A DNA stretch of 63,549 bases from an uncultured Gammaproteobacteria bacterium (GTDB taxonomy: Bacteria > Patescibacteriota > Patescibacteriia > UBA11705): contig CAYPSS010000001.1 in assembly GCA_964413735.1 (NCBI GenBank), positions 246,149 to 309,697 of the forward strand, written 5' to 3'. Positions 34,625-44,552 of this stretch are shown one piece after another. Position 1 is the stretch's first letter. Every line of letters begins with the position of its first letter. The notes beneath the pieces were generated by a model. It did not search any database. It saw nothing but the letters and a program-made list of their open reading frames with translations, and was not told where the DNA came from. The position numbers and the translations under genes were made by a program.

Positions 34625-36655
34625 TTATTTTTTTGCTTTGAGAACCGTGATTTCATCGCGCAGAATGGCCGCTAGTTCAAATTCCAAATTTTTTGCCGCT
34701 TGTTTCATTAATTTTTCTTTCTCGGTAATTATTTCTTTTATCGAACGTTTGTCAGCTTGTAATTCCAATTTAAGATTTTCTCTGGCTAAATTACGACGAT
34801 AGGATTGGCCGGATACTTTTTTGGTTTCTGGAAGAGTTAACCCGAAATCTGCTAAAATGTTTTTTATTTGTTTTTCAATGGTTTTTGGTGTGATTCCATG
34901 TTTTTTATTATAAGCCAGTTGTTTGGTGCGTCGGCGGTCAGTTTCTTGCAGGGCATTTTTTATCGAGGTGGTAATGACATCAGCATAAAGCAAAACCCGA
35001 CCATCAACATTACGCGCCGCGCGACCGATCGTTTGAATTAAACTGGTTTCATTGCGCAAAAATCCTTCTTTGTCCGCATCTAAAATCGCCACCAGTGATA
35101 CTTCGGGAATGTCCAAGCCTTCTCGTAATAAATTTACGCCAACAATCACATCAATCACTCCTTTTCTCAAATCAGTAATAATCTGAATTCGTTCGAGCGT
35201 TTCAATGTCCGAATGAATATAAGTGACTTTGATCTTTTTTTCTTTTAAATAATCGGATAAATCTTCGGCCATGCGTTTGGTTAAAGTGGTGACTAAGGTT
35301 CGCTTATTGTTCTTTACTTGTAATTCAATTTCTTTGATTAGATCGTCAATTTGAGAAGTATTTTTCTTGGTGGCAATAATCGGTCGTACAATAACCTTTG
35401 GATCCACCAATCCGGTGGGACGAACGATTTGCTCCACAATTTGCTCACTGACGGTCAATTCATAATCAGCCGGTGTGGCAGAAGTGTAAATTACTTTTTT
35501 TGTTTTTTGGTCAAACTCTTCAAAAGTTAAAGGTCGATTATCGCGAGCGCTTGGTAAACGAAAACCATGTTCAATTAAAGATTGTTTACGTGATTGATCG
35601 CCATGATACATGGCGCGAATTTGCGGGATAGTGACATGTGACTCATCTATGACTGTTAGGAAATTCGGATCGCAGAAATTAAAATATTCCAGTAATGAAT
35701 AAGGCGGTTCGTGATTGGTGCGTCCTTCGAAATGAGCGGAATAATTTTCAATGCCATTGCAATAACCGATATTTTCGATCATTTCCAAATCATAATTGGT
35801 GCGTTGTTTTAATCTTTCATATTCTAAAGTTTTTCCTTGTTTCTTGAATTGGGCCAATTGATTTTTTAGTTCATTTTTAATGGCTGACAAGGCGCGTTTT
35901 TTATTTGGTTCACTTAAAACATAATGTTTGGCCGGAAAAAGCCAAAGATCGGGTTGTTCACCGATAATTTTACGTGATACAGGTTCAATTTTTTTGATGT
36001 TGTCGATTTGCTCAGTAACTTCTAGACGGTAGATATTTTCTTCATTGACGGGCATAATTTCTAATACTTGTCCGGTTTTTCGGAAATAACCACGCTTTAA
36101 ATCCGCATTGGTGCGTTCGTAATACATCCCGGTAAGTTTTTCAATTACGGCCAAATGATTTAGCTTTTGCCCTACAGCAAAATGAAGTACTTCGTTTTCA
36201 TATTCACGCGGATTACCCAAGGCGTAAATTGCGGATACCGAAGCTACAACAATGACATCTTTTCGTGATAGTAAAGCTTGAGTACAAGCGTGGCGCAAGC
36301 GATCGATTTCTTGATTAATGGAAGACTCTTTCTCTATGTAAGTATCTGAATTTGGTAAGTAAGCTTCTGGTTGATAATAATCGTAATAGGAAACAAAATA
36401 TTCCACCGCATTGTCTGGAAAAAACTCACGGAATTCATTACAAAGTTGGGCGGCCAAGGTTTTGTTGTGGGCAATTACTAAAGTGGGTTTTTGTACTTGT
36501 TCAATAACATTGGCAATGGTAAAAGTTTTCCCTGAACCGGTAACGCCAAGTAAGGTTTGTTTGGCCAAACCTTTTTTTAACCCGGAAACCAATTCTTTAA
36601 TCGCTGTTGGTTGATCACCGGCCGGTTGATATTTTGCTTGTAGTTTGAATTTCAT
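34625..36655 (-). CDS. uvrB: Excinuclease ABC subunit B
   Basis: GDQPTAI, LGVTGSGKTF, YYDYYQPEAY, DESH, NLLREGLD, C-terminal UVR domain. Confidence 0.98.
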   Translation of the reverse strand: MKFKLQAKYQPAGDQPTAIKELVSGLKKGLAKQTLLGVTGSGKTFTIANVIEQVQKPTLVIAHNKTLAAQLCNEFREFFPDNAVEYFVSYYDYYQPEAYLPNSDTYIEKESSINQEIDRLRHACTQALLSRKDVIVVASVSAIYALGNPREYENEVLHFAVGQKLNHLAVIEKLTGMYYERTNADLKRGYFRKTGQVLEIMPVNEENIYRLEVTEQIDNIKKIEPVSRKIIGEQPDLWLFPAKHYVLSEPNKKRALSAIKNELKNQLAQFKKQGKTLEYERLKQRTNYDLEMIENIGYCNGIENYSAHFEGRTNHEPPYSLLEYFNFCDPNFLTVIDESHVTIPQIRAMYHGDQSRKQSLIEHGFRLPSARDNRPLTFEEFDQKTKKVIYTSATPADYELTVSEQIVEQIVRPTGLVDPKVIVRPIIATKKNTSQIDDLIKEIELQVKNNKRTLVTTLTKRMAEDLSDYLKEKKIKVTYIHSDIETLERIQIITDLRKGVIDVIVGVNLLREGLDIPEVSLVAILDADKEGFLRNETSLIQTIGRAARNVDGRVLLYADVITTSIKNALQETDRRRTKQLAYNKKHGITPKTIEKQIKNILADFGLTLPETKKVSGQSYRRNLARENLKLELQADKRSIKEIITEKEKLMKQAAKNLEFELAAILRDEITVLKAKK

Positions 36656-36660
36656 ATAGT

Positions 36661-36905
36661 TGGGGAATAGGGAATAGGGATTAGGGATGAAAAATGTTGT
36701 TATTATGTATTTATTGTTCCTTTCTTGCTTGTCTAACTTGTCACGCTTGTCTTACTCGTCTTACTTTTCTTGCTTATCATTTCCTCCAATAATTCGTACA
36801 TTCGTAGCAATTCGTAATTCGTAGTCTTAGTGTTTCTCGCTTTCTTACTTACTACTTTAATACTTGTCTTACTTACTACTTCTTTCGCTTATCTCGCTTC
36901 CTTCC
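36661..36905. repeat. Patch of short tandem repeats (gggaata/gggatta; ttcgta-core; cttact/cttgtc types)
   Basis: ggggaatagggaatagggattaggga; ttcgtacattcgtagcaattcgtaattcgtag; many tcttact/cttactt copies; strongly strand-biased. Confidence 0.75.
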
Positions 36906-37014
36906 AATTTTATCACATTAATATAAGTCAGTCATTTGTTTTGTGCAAGTCTGCCTATTGATTAAGATTAAAAATATTGATAAATTGCTTTATTCTCCAT
37001 AACGGAGGAGGAGA

Positions 37015-37353
37015 ATGATCGTAGCAATTGCGATTTTGGGTGGAGCGGCTATGTTTTTCCTTTTCCTAAGTCTGATTTCATTAATTTTAACAATTTCCAT
37101 TCGTGATTTGAATCAAGTTGGTTTGATAGGCTTCGGTATTGCGGTTTGTATTTCTGTTGTTCTTTTAATTCCGGTTTATGTTTTAGCTATTTCTGCTGGT
37201 GCCAGTTTGTGGACTATTATTATTGGTGCTTTTGCTATGGCCACTCCGATTTTTTTGCTTTTACTTAATTTTACTGGATGGGTTTTTCCCTTGTTCCTTG
37301 TGGGCTATCTGGCTCAAATTACTTTGTTTGTTTTAGCTCTATTGAAGGTGTAG
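37015..37353 (+). CDS. Hypothetical 4-TM membrane protein
   Basis: GGAGGAGG RBS; almost entirely hydrophobic; terminator 37364-37386. Confidence 0.75.
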   Translation: MIVAIAILGGAAMFFLFLSLISLILTISIRDLNQVGLIGFGIAVCISVVLLIPVYVLAISAGASLWTIIIGAFAMATPIFLLLLNFTGWVFPLFLVGYLAQITLFVLALLKV

Positions 37354-37452
37354 TTATAAATTCACAATCGCTTAATAAGCGATTGTTTTTTTTGTATAAA
37401 AAAAACCACTCAATTTGAGTGGTAACTTTGTAGTTGTTATAACTGTATGAAG

Positions 37453-37929
37453 TTAGTTTAATTCTCCCTTAATAAAATTGTTTGAAGTGTCTACAGCTTC
37501 CCCAAGGTGAACAATCTGAGCCATGGTAGCCAGCGCTTTGGGTGTTTTTGATTTAATCCTGATATTTTTGTTTGGAGTAATTTTTACCGCAATCCAGTAA
37601 ACAGTGTCACCACCAATCAAAGGGCTTCTCTTTTCTGTTTGATAAAAAACAACTTTCCAAGCAGTATTATCGGAGATTCGAATGAATTTTTCGCCAACTT
37701 GGCAACTACCAGGAACCAAAACTCGTTCGCATGGTTCATTGATTCCGGTACCAAAGGGTAGGCAATCTCTGGGCCATGGTTGTCTTTCGTATCCAAACGC
37801 ATCTAACAAAGTATTAACAGCCGTAAAATTAATTGTCCAAATTTCGGTATTTTTTGCTTGTAGGCGGTTAATCATTCTGTCATAAGCATCCTTGATATCA
37901 ACAATTGGTGTATTTGTTTTACGGGGCAT
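37453..37929 (-). CDS. Hypothetical protein
   Basis: AGGAGG before ATG 37929; terminator 37405-37423. Confidence 0.72.
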   Translation of the reverse strand: MPRKTNTPIVDIKDAYDRMINRLQAKNTEIWTINFTAVNTLLDAFGYERQPWPRDCLPFGTGINEPCERVLVPGSCQVGEKFIRISDNTAWKVVFYQTEKRSPLIGGDTVYWIAVKITPNKNIRIKSKTPKALATMAQIVHLGEAVDTSNNFIKGELN

Positions 37930-38085
37930 AAGACCTCCTTGTTTTAAGGAACAGAGAATAGTTAAAGTTAACAATTTTAAAACTTTTTGTCAAGGATTTA
38001 GATTGTTGTTTTTATGATTCTTATTTCTTTAATAATTTGGTCGAGAATTTTTAATAAAAAAACCACTCAATTTGAGTGGTTGGGT

Positions 38086-38412
38086 TCATTCTGGTTCAGG
38101 AACATTCAACCCTCGGGCGTAGAGGGTGAGCGTTCCCAGATTATCTGGCAAAGTGATGATGACTTTTTCCATCGAAAAATCGATTTCCAAGTCATCTTTA
38201 TCAACTTCGATAGTCCCCACATCATTTTCGAACGATTCCCAGCGCTTGGTACGCCGGTTGAATCTCTCGGAATATGAGGTGGAGAATTCCAGATGTTCCC
38301 CATGATCCGCAATCGCACACAGCGGACCGCGGAAAATATCACCATCTTCAATCAAAATCATCATTCCACCAATGAAATTCATGCAATTTTCCATCATTTT
38401 GTGCCAGGCCAT
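38086..38412 (-). CDS. Hypothetical protein, four-member tandem family
   Basis: G.M..E...FRGPL...W...KD...P..G pattern; GAGGG RBS. Confidence 0.75.
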   Translation of the reverse strand: MAWHKMMENCMNFIGGMMILIEDGDIFRGPLCAIADHGEHLEFSTSYSERFNRRTKRWESFENDVGTIEVDKDDLEIDFSMEKVIITLPDNLGTLTLYARGLNVPEPE

Positions 38413-38508
38413 ATGACCCTCACTTGCTTGGGGAAAGGGACTATTTAATATACACTATTATTATTTATTTGTCAATAGCAAAAAACATCGCTTGGCGATG
38501 TTTGTTTT

Positions 38509-38853
38509 TTAATAACGTTGGGCTAATGCTGTTTGTTGTTCAGCCGGAAGTTTATTTCTGGGAATAATGATAGCACTACCATAATAGGGAGCAGCAATGC
38601 GAATTCGACCATTAGGCATCTCATGACAGGCAAAGAAATCCTTGGCAATCGCAATGGCAATTGCCGGTTTTTCAAAAAACTCCCATTGTCTTTTGGCGCT
38701 ATTCAAGACTTCACTCCACTGCAATTTGATTTTAATTACAGTGCGATTGGTTTCAACCCCACCAATCAACGCGCGGTAAATTGTGCTACCTTCAGAATAT
38801 TGAATAATACCACCGGCCAAATTTTGATTTTCAATAAATTCATTGGTTGTCAT
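38509..38853 (-). CDS. Hypothetical protein, four-member tandem family
   Basis: MTTNEF..., AKDFF, PYYG; GGAGGG RBS before ATG 38853. Confidence 0.78.
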   Translation of the reverse strand: MTTNEFIENQNLAGGIIQYSEGSTIYRALIGGVETNRTVIKIKLQWSEVLNSAKRQWEFFEKPAIAIAIAKDFFACHEMPNGRIRIAAPYYGSAIIIPRNKLPAEQQTALAQRY

Positions 38854-38865
38854 GTTCCCTCCGAT

Positions 38866-39385
38866 AGTTGGAGAACTAGGTAGTTTATAAAATATATAAT
38901 TATTTGTCAATCATAATGAAAAAACATCGCTTGGCGATGTTAATTATTTTATGGTTGTTTCATGTGGTCTTGCATTTGTGGTGAAAGGCTTGCCAGTTTG
39001 GTAACTTTTACGCTTCCCAGGTGAGGAATGGCAAAGGTCAGTTGTCCCTTTTCATTAATGCTACAAACAAAGAAATCCTTGGCCACAGCAATTACCAGGG
39101 GGTTTCCGGAACTTCTGTGCCATAATTCATTCTTAGAGTCTGGCACTTCCACCCAGCGCAACTTAATGGTGATAATACCTCTTTTACAGGAAATTTCAGC
39201 AATTGGTCCGCGATAGGTAATCCCAAATTCGTTATAGACCATTAACGCTCCAATTAACTCACGATCTTTCAAAAATTCATCAGCTGTCATTATTTCCCTC
39301 CGTTGGTTGGAGAACTTTGTAGTTTATGAAATATTTAATTTTTTGTCAACCATAATGAAAAAACATCGCTTGGCGATGTTAATTA
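38866..39385. repeat. Duplicated 80-bp intergenic module (terminator, promoter, leader); partial third copy at 38470-38503
   Basis: gttggagaact...ttgtcaa.cataatgaaaaaacatcgcttggcgatgttaatta at 38866-38945 and 39305-39385. Confidence 0.88.
38949..39290 (-). CDS. Hypothetical protein, four-member tandem family
   Basis: MTADEF..., YRGPI, VAKDFF, IPHLG. Confidence 0.78.
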   Translation of the reverse strand: MTADEFLKDRELIGALMVYNEFGITYRGPIAEISCKRGIITIKLRWVEVPDSKNELWHRSSGNPLVIAVAKDFFVCSINEKGQLTFAIPHLGSVKVTKLASLSPQMQDHMKQP

Positions 39386-39386
39386 A

Positions 39387-39695
39387 CTAAATATTTTTAC
39401 TGCTAAACGTAGCAATTCCAATATGGGGAATACTAATAATGATTTTATGACCTTCAACACGTGGTTGAGAAAAGTCTTTGGCTACAGAAAATTCTTTGGT
39501 AATAGAATTTTTGGTGGTAACTGACGCTCTCTCTTCAATTTTTTGGGATTGTGTCCTACTGCGTCCCACAATAGTAATAATGCCATTGTGCTCAGTGATT
39601 TCAGTTAATAGATAAGCGGTGGTCTTCCCGTTTTCTTCCCAAAGAAATGCTTGATGGCGTAAAGCTTTATTATCAATCAATTCTTGCCAAGTCAT
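39387..39695 (-). CDS. Hypothetical protein, four-member tandem family
   Basis: GIITI, VAKDF, IPHIG shared with its neighbours. Confidence 0.75.
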   Translation of the reverse strand: MTWQELIDNKALRHQAFLWEENGKTTAYLLTEITEHNGIITIVGRSRTQSQKIEERASVTTKNSITKEFSVAKDFSQPRVEGHKIIISIPHIGIATFSSKNI

Positions 39696-39809
39696 CTTCC
39701 TTCCTTTTGTTAAAGAATATTGATAAATTAACTCATATTTCCATATTTGTCAATGCTGTCTGTTCCATACATATGATATAATTAATATATAAATAATAAT
39801 TGAAATAAA

Positions 39810-40028
39810 ATGAAGTTAGGTCAATATCAACATTACAAAGGTAAAATGTATGAAGTTTTTGGGGTAGCTAAACATAGCGAAACTTTGGAAGATATGGTGA
39901 TTTATCAAGCGTTGTATGATTCACCGGAGTTTGGAGATCAGGCGCTGTGGGTTCGGCCATTGCATGAATTTATTGAAAAAGTGCGATCGGGAAATAAGCA
40001 AGTGCCACGCTTTAAATTTATTAAATAA
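39810..40028 (+). CDS. DUF1653-family protein
   Basis: G.YQHYKG.MYEV.GVAKHSET.E.MVIYQALY...LWVRP..EF. Confidence 0.88.
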   Translation: MKLGQYQHYKGKMYEVFGVAKHSETLEDMVIYQALYDSPEFGDQALWVRPLHEFIEKVRSGNKQVPRFKFIK

Positions 40029-40080
40029 AAAAACTCCTCTATTCTTTAAATTTGATGAACAGGGGAGTGTTTTTATTAAG

Positions 40081-40251
40081 TTAAACTTTGGCCAAATTCT
40101 TCAAACAGCGAGTGCAAAGTCGTTGTTTTTTGCCATCAATTTTCTTTGATTGTAAATTGATGTTCAGCGTTCTTTTGGTCGCGACTTTGGAATGACTGAC
40201 AGATACTGATGATTTTGGGCCTCGGCCACATTTATCGCAAACTTTTGACAT
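40081..40251 (-). CDS. rpmB: 50S ribosomal protein L28 (56 aa; absent from the ORF track)
   Basis: Manual translation MSKVCDKCGRGPKSSVSVSHSKVATKRTLNINLQSKKIDGKKQRLCTRCLKNLAKV. Confidence 0.92.
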   Translation of the reverse strand: MSKVCDKCGRGPKSSVSVSHSKVATKRTLNINLQSKKIDGKKQRLCTRCLKNLAKV

Positions 40252-40362
40252 ATTTTTTGATTATTTATTGCAATAAAAACAGTCTATCATACTTGTTGAA
40301 ATCAATCAAGTATTATATAATTATTGAGCGATCATTTATTTTTTTTCATAACTAATATAATT

Positions 40363-41004
40363 ATGATATTGGGAACTTTATTTTCTGATCCTCTAATTTT
40401 TATCGCTTGGTTGACTGCGATTTTAATTGTTTTGTCGGTTCATGAATTTGCGCATGCCTGGGCCAGCCATTTGATGGGTGATGATACGGCGCGAAATCAG
40501 GGTCGATTAACTTTGAATCCGGTTTCTCATGTTAGTGGTTGGGGCTTGTTAATGCTCTTATTCGTTGGTTTTGGTTGGGGCAAACCGGTGCCTTTTAATC
40601 CTTATAATTTGAAAAATAAACGCTTAGGATTGGCAATCATTGCCATCGCCGGTCCATTATCAAATTTATTATTAGCCATTGTTACCGGAGTGATATTGCA
40701 CTTATTGGTAGCTTATAATGTTTTTTTACCCACTAATTTGCTGATTCAATTTTTAACCATTTTGGTGATTTTGAATGTGGTTTTAATGGTTTTTAATTTA
40801 ATTCCCATTCCTCCGTTAGATGGTTCAAAACTGCTTTTTGCGTTTTTACGTGATGAAAGATACCAAAGTCTTGTTTACCTGTTGGAAACAAGGGGTCCAA
40901 TGCTTTTGCTTTTTTTGCTAATTTTAGATAATATTATTGGGATAAATATTTTTGGTAATTTTTTCCAAGGGATTATCTCTTTTGTGTATAAATTAATCTT
41001 TTGA
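40363..41004 (+). CDS. Site-2 protease family (M50) metalloprotease
   Basis: HEFAH, LTLNP..H, GWGKPVP, AGPLSN, FNLIPIPPLDGSK. Confidence 0.92.
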   Translation: MILGTLFSDPLIFIAWLTAILIVLSVHEFAHAWASHLMGDDTARNQGRLTLNPVSHVSGWGLLMLLFVGFGWGKPVPFNPYNLKNKRLGLAIIAIAGPLSNLLLAIVTGVILHLLVAYNVFLPTNLLIQFLTILVILNVVLMVFNLIPIPPLDGSKLLFAFLRDERYQSLVYLLETRGPMLLLFLLILDNIIGINIFGNFFQGIISFVYKLIF

Positions 41005-41133
41005 TTTGTCTTGACTTGTTTTTAAAATAATGATAAACTGCCAACACATTTATTATAAGTTAGCAATAAAACTAAATTCATTGACCATTTGATCATTTCA
41101 AGATCGATGATCAATTCTTTTTGTGTAATAATT

Positions 41134-41559
41134 ATGCCAACAATCAATCAGTTAACTAGAAAAAAACGAACCAGTAAGAAAAATAAATCAAAATCACCGG
41201 CATTACAAACGGTGATGGATACGATTCGTCGCAAATCCAGTACTTTACCTGGTGGAGCGCCGTTTAAACGAGGTGTTTGTTTGAAAGTAACCACTACTAC
41301 TCCTAAAAAACCAAACTCCGCTTTGCGGAAAATCGCTCGTGTGCGTTTAAGTAATGGTCAAGAAGTGACCGCTTATATTCCGGGTGAGGGCCATAATTTG
41401 CAAGAACATTCTATTGTCATGATTCGTGGTGGTCGACGTAAAGATTTACCTGGTGTGCGTTATCAGATTGTGCGCGGTGTTTTTGATACTCAAGGAGTTG
41501 AAGCTCGAAGACAAGGTCGTTCACGATATGGTTCCAAGCGTCCAAAAGCCGCTAAATAA
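41134..41559 (+). CDS. rpsL: 30S ribosomal protein S12
   Basis: [29 protein letters not shown]. Confidence 0.98.
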   Translation: MPTINQLTRKKRTSKKNKSKSPALQTVMDTIRRKSSTLPGGAPFKRGVCLKVTTTTPKKPNSALRKIARVRLSNGQEVTAYIPGEGHNLQEHSIVMIRGGRRKDLPGVRYQIVRGVFDTQGVEARRQGRSRYGSKRPKAAK

Positions 41560-41582
41560 TTTAAATAATTTTATATTGTAAT

Positions 41583-42074
41583 ATGCGAGGTAAAAAAGCT
41601 CCCAAGAGAAAAATTAAACCAGATGTAAAATACGGAAGTACCGTAGTGGAAAAGTTTATTAATTATATTATGAAGCGCGGGAAAAAGACCGTGGCGCAAA
41701 ATGTGGTTTACAGAGCGTTTGAAAAAATCGATGTTGTCATTAAAGCGAAAAAAGTTGAGGTTGAAGCGGAAAATGCGTTGCAAGTTTTTGATTTGGCGGT
41801 TAAAAATGTTACTCCGCAAATTGAGGTTCGCGGTACGCGAATTGGCGGGGCAAACTATCAAGTCCCTTATCCGGTAAGAGGTGAAAGAAAATACGCTTTG
41901 GCTTTTCGTTGGTTAATTAATGCAGCGCGTGCTAAAAAGGGTCGTTCTATGAGTGAAAAATTAGCTGATGAATTATTGGCTGCCTATAATAATGAAGGTG
42001 ATGCAATTAAGAAAAAATCAGATGTTCATCGAATGGCTGAGGCTAATCGCGCGTTTGCTCATTTTGCTCGTTAA
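41583..42074 (+). CDS. rpsG: 30S ribosomal protein S7
   Basis: GGANYQVP, HRMAEANRAFAHF. Confidence 0.98.
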   Translation: MRGKKAPKRKIKPDVKYGSTVVEKFINYIMKRGKKTVAQNVVYRAFEKIDVVIKAKKVEVEAENALQVFDLAVKNVTPQIEVRGTRIGGANYQVPYPVRGERKYALAFRWLINAARAKKGRSMSEKLADELLAAYNNEGDAIKKKSDVHRMAEANRAFAHFAR

Positions 42075-42143
42075 TTAAATTATTAAAATAAATAAAATGA
42101 TTGTGCAATTTAATATTGACAGTCAATATTGCAAAATAGATGT

Positions 42144-44222
42144 ATGCCACGGGAATATTCATTAGAAAAAACTAGAAATATTGGTATTATCGCTCATATT
42201 GACGCCGGGAAAACCACAGTTTCCGAGCGTATTTTGTTTTATACTGGAAAAAAACATAAATTAGGTGAAGTTCACGAAGGTGAAGCAACGATGGATTGGA
42301 TGGAACAAGAACGCGAACGCGGAATTACCATTACTTCAGCGGCCACCACTTGTTTTTGGCGCGATTGTCGTTTGAATTTAATTGATACTCCAGGTCACGT
42401 GGATTTTACCGCCGAAGTGGAACGATCTTTGCGTGTATTAGATGGCGGTGTGGTTATTTTTGATGGCGTGGCCGGTGTTGAATCACAATCAGAAACCGTT
42501 TGGCATCAAGCGGATAAATATCATGTACCACGGATTGCATTTATCAATAAAATGGATCGCATGGGTGCGGATTTTTATTATGACATGGGCACGATTCATG
42601 ATCGTTTGACCAAAACCGCGCACCCGGTTCAATTACCGATTGGCGCAGCGGAGACTTTTAAGGGAATTATTGATTTGTTTACTCGTCGCGCTTTTATTTA
42701 TAATGATGATTTGGGTATGAATATTGAGGAAACTGATGTGCCGGAAGATATGAAGGATCAAGTAGAAGAATATCGTGGTAAATTGGTGGAAGCGATTGTG
42801 GAAAATGACGAAAATTTAATGAATAAATATTTGGCCGGTGAAGAAATTGCCGTTGAAGATTTGAAAAAAGTATTACGTAAGGCGGTAATTAATAATAAAA
42901 TTGTGCCGATTTTGTGTGGTTCAGCTTTAAAAAATAAAGGTGTTCAAAAATTATTGGATGCGGTTACGGAATATTTGCCTTCACCTTTGGATGTTCCTCC
43001 AATTATTGCTCAAATGGCTGATGATCCGGAAAAAAACATGGAAATTACTCCTAAAGATGATGCGAAATTTGTAGGTTTGGCATTTAAGATTGCCACCGAC
43101 CCTTATGTTGGTAAATTATGTTTTTTTCGTGTTTATCAAGGGGTTTTAACTTCAGGTTCATATGTGGTTAATACCACTACTGGTGAACGAGAAAGAATCG
43201 GACGAATTGTGCGAATGCACGCAAATCATCGTGAAGAAGTTAATGAAATTTATGCCGGAGAAATTGCGGCGGCTATTGGTTTGAAAAATACTTTTACCGG
43301 GCATACTTTATGTGATGAGTCCTTGAAGGTAGTTTTGGAAAACATTACCTTCCCGGAACCGGTTATTTCTATTGCCATTGAACCAAAAACCAAAGCTGAT
43401 CAAGAAAAAATGGGTGTGGCTTTGCAAAAATTAGCCGAAGAAGACCCGACTTTTCAAGTTCGTACCGATGAAGAAACCACTCAAACCATTATTTCCGGTA
43501 TGGGTGAATTGCATTTGGAAATTTTGGTTGATCGTATGAAACGAGAATTTAATGTTGAGGCTAATACTGGTAAACCACAGGTGGCTTATCGTGAAACCAT
43601 TAAGAAAATGGCAGAAGCCGAAGGAAAATATATTCGTCAATCAGGTGGTCGTGGTCAATATGGCCATTGTTGGCTTCGAGTTGAACCGCAAGATCGTGGT
43701 AAAGGTTTTGAATTTGTTGATGAAATTAAGGGTGGTGTTGTCCCACGTGAATATGTCCCTGCTATTCAAAAAGGTGTGAAGGAAGCTTTGGATAAAGGTA
43801 TTATCGCCGGTTATCCGGTGGTGGATGTGAAGGTAGCGGTATATGATGGTTCATATCATGAAGTTGACTCTTCGGAAGCGGCATTTAAAATTGCGGGTTC
43901 ATTTGCGGTGCAGGAAGGTGTGAAAAAAGCCAGTCCGGTTTTGTTAGAACCAATTGAAAAAGTGGAAGTGGTCACACCAGAAGAATATATGGGTGATGTG
44001 GTTGGTGATTTGAATTCACGTCGTGGTCAAATTAAGGAAATGCGCGATCGTTCCAATTTGAAAGTTATAGAAGCGGAAGTACCGTTAGCGGAAATGTTTG
44101 GTTATGCCACACAATTGCGTAGTATGACTCAGGGACGAGCCAGTTATTCAATGGAATTTTTACAATATTCTGAAGTACCGAATAATATTTTAGAAAAAAT
44201 CAAAGGAGAAAAAGCCAAATAA
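42144..44222 (+). CDS. fusA: Elongation factor G
   Basis: [35 protein letters not shown]. Confidence 0.98.
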   Translation: MPREYSLEKTRNIGIIAHIDAGKTTVSERILFYTGKKHKLGEVHEGEATMDWMEQERERGITITSAATTCFWRDCRLNLIDTPGHVDFTAEVERSLRVLDGGVVIFDGVAGVESQSETVWHQADKYHVPRIAFINKMDRMGADFYYDMGTIHDRLTKTAHPVQLPIGAAETFKGIIDLFTRRAFIYNDDLGMNIEETDVPEDMKDQVEEYRGKLVEAIVENDENLMNKYLAGEEIAVEDLKKVLRKAVINNKIVPILCGSALKNKGVQKLLDAVTEYLPSPLDVPPIIAQMADDPEKNMEITPKDDAKFVGLAFKIATDPYVGKLCFFRVYQGVLTSGSYVVNTTTGERERIGRIVRMHANHREEVNEIYAGEIAAAIGLKNTFTGHTLCDESLKVVLENITFPEPVISIAIEPKTKADQEKMGVALQKLAEEDPTFQVRTDEETTQTIISGMGELHLEILVDRMKREFNVEANTGKPQVAYRETIKKMAEAEGKYIRQSGGRGQYGHCWLRVEPQDRGKGFEFVDEIKGGVVPREYVPAIQKGVKEALDKGIIAGYPVVDVKVAVYDGSYHEVDSSEAAFKIAGSFAVQEGVKKASPVLLEPIEKVEVVTPEEYMGDVVGDLNSRRGQIKEMRDRSNLKVIEAEVPLAEMFGYATQLRSMTQGRASYSMEFLQYSEVPNNILEKIKGEKAK

Positions 44223-44234
44223 TATTTAATTTTT

Positions 44235-44552
44235 ATGGCGATTAATTTTGAACAAATTATCAGGTTAATGAAAAAAACCGGTGAAAAGTTTATTTTTAAT
44301 CAAAATGATGAGAATTTTATTGTTTTGACCTTGGATGAGTATGAGAAATTATTGTCTAAGCAAGATGATATACGGCCGGTTGGTGATTTAACAGAGGATG
44401 AATTGGTCGATAAAATTAATCGAGAAATTGCTCAATGGCGCACCACTCAAACCAATGAAATTGAATCTGATTTTTTTGAAGCGGAAAATGATCTCGTCAA
44501 TTCAGCAAAAAATGAAGAGGATGATCAGTATTATTTGGAACCGGTAGATTAG
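44235..44552 (+). CDS. Acidic hypothetical protein between fusA and tuf
   Basis: Open frame, 12 nt after fusA; acidic C-terminus ending YYLEPVD. Confidence 0.75.
   Translation: MAINFEQIIRLMKKTGEKFIFNQNDENFIVLTLDEYEKLLSKQDDIRPVGDLTEDELVDKINREIAQWRTTQTNEIESDFFEAENDLVNSAKNEEDDQYYLEPVD

Noticed and set aside
38470-39385. Three identical 23-bp palindromes as a possible CRISPR array
   Set aside because: They are 440 bp apart, each ends a full ORF and carries a T-tract, and no cas genes are present; they are terminators.
23805-39720. Classical integron cassette array
   Set aside because: No intI, no RYYYAAC...GTTRRRY attC pairs could be traced, the genes have their own promoters and they occur in both orientations.
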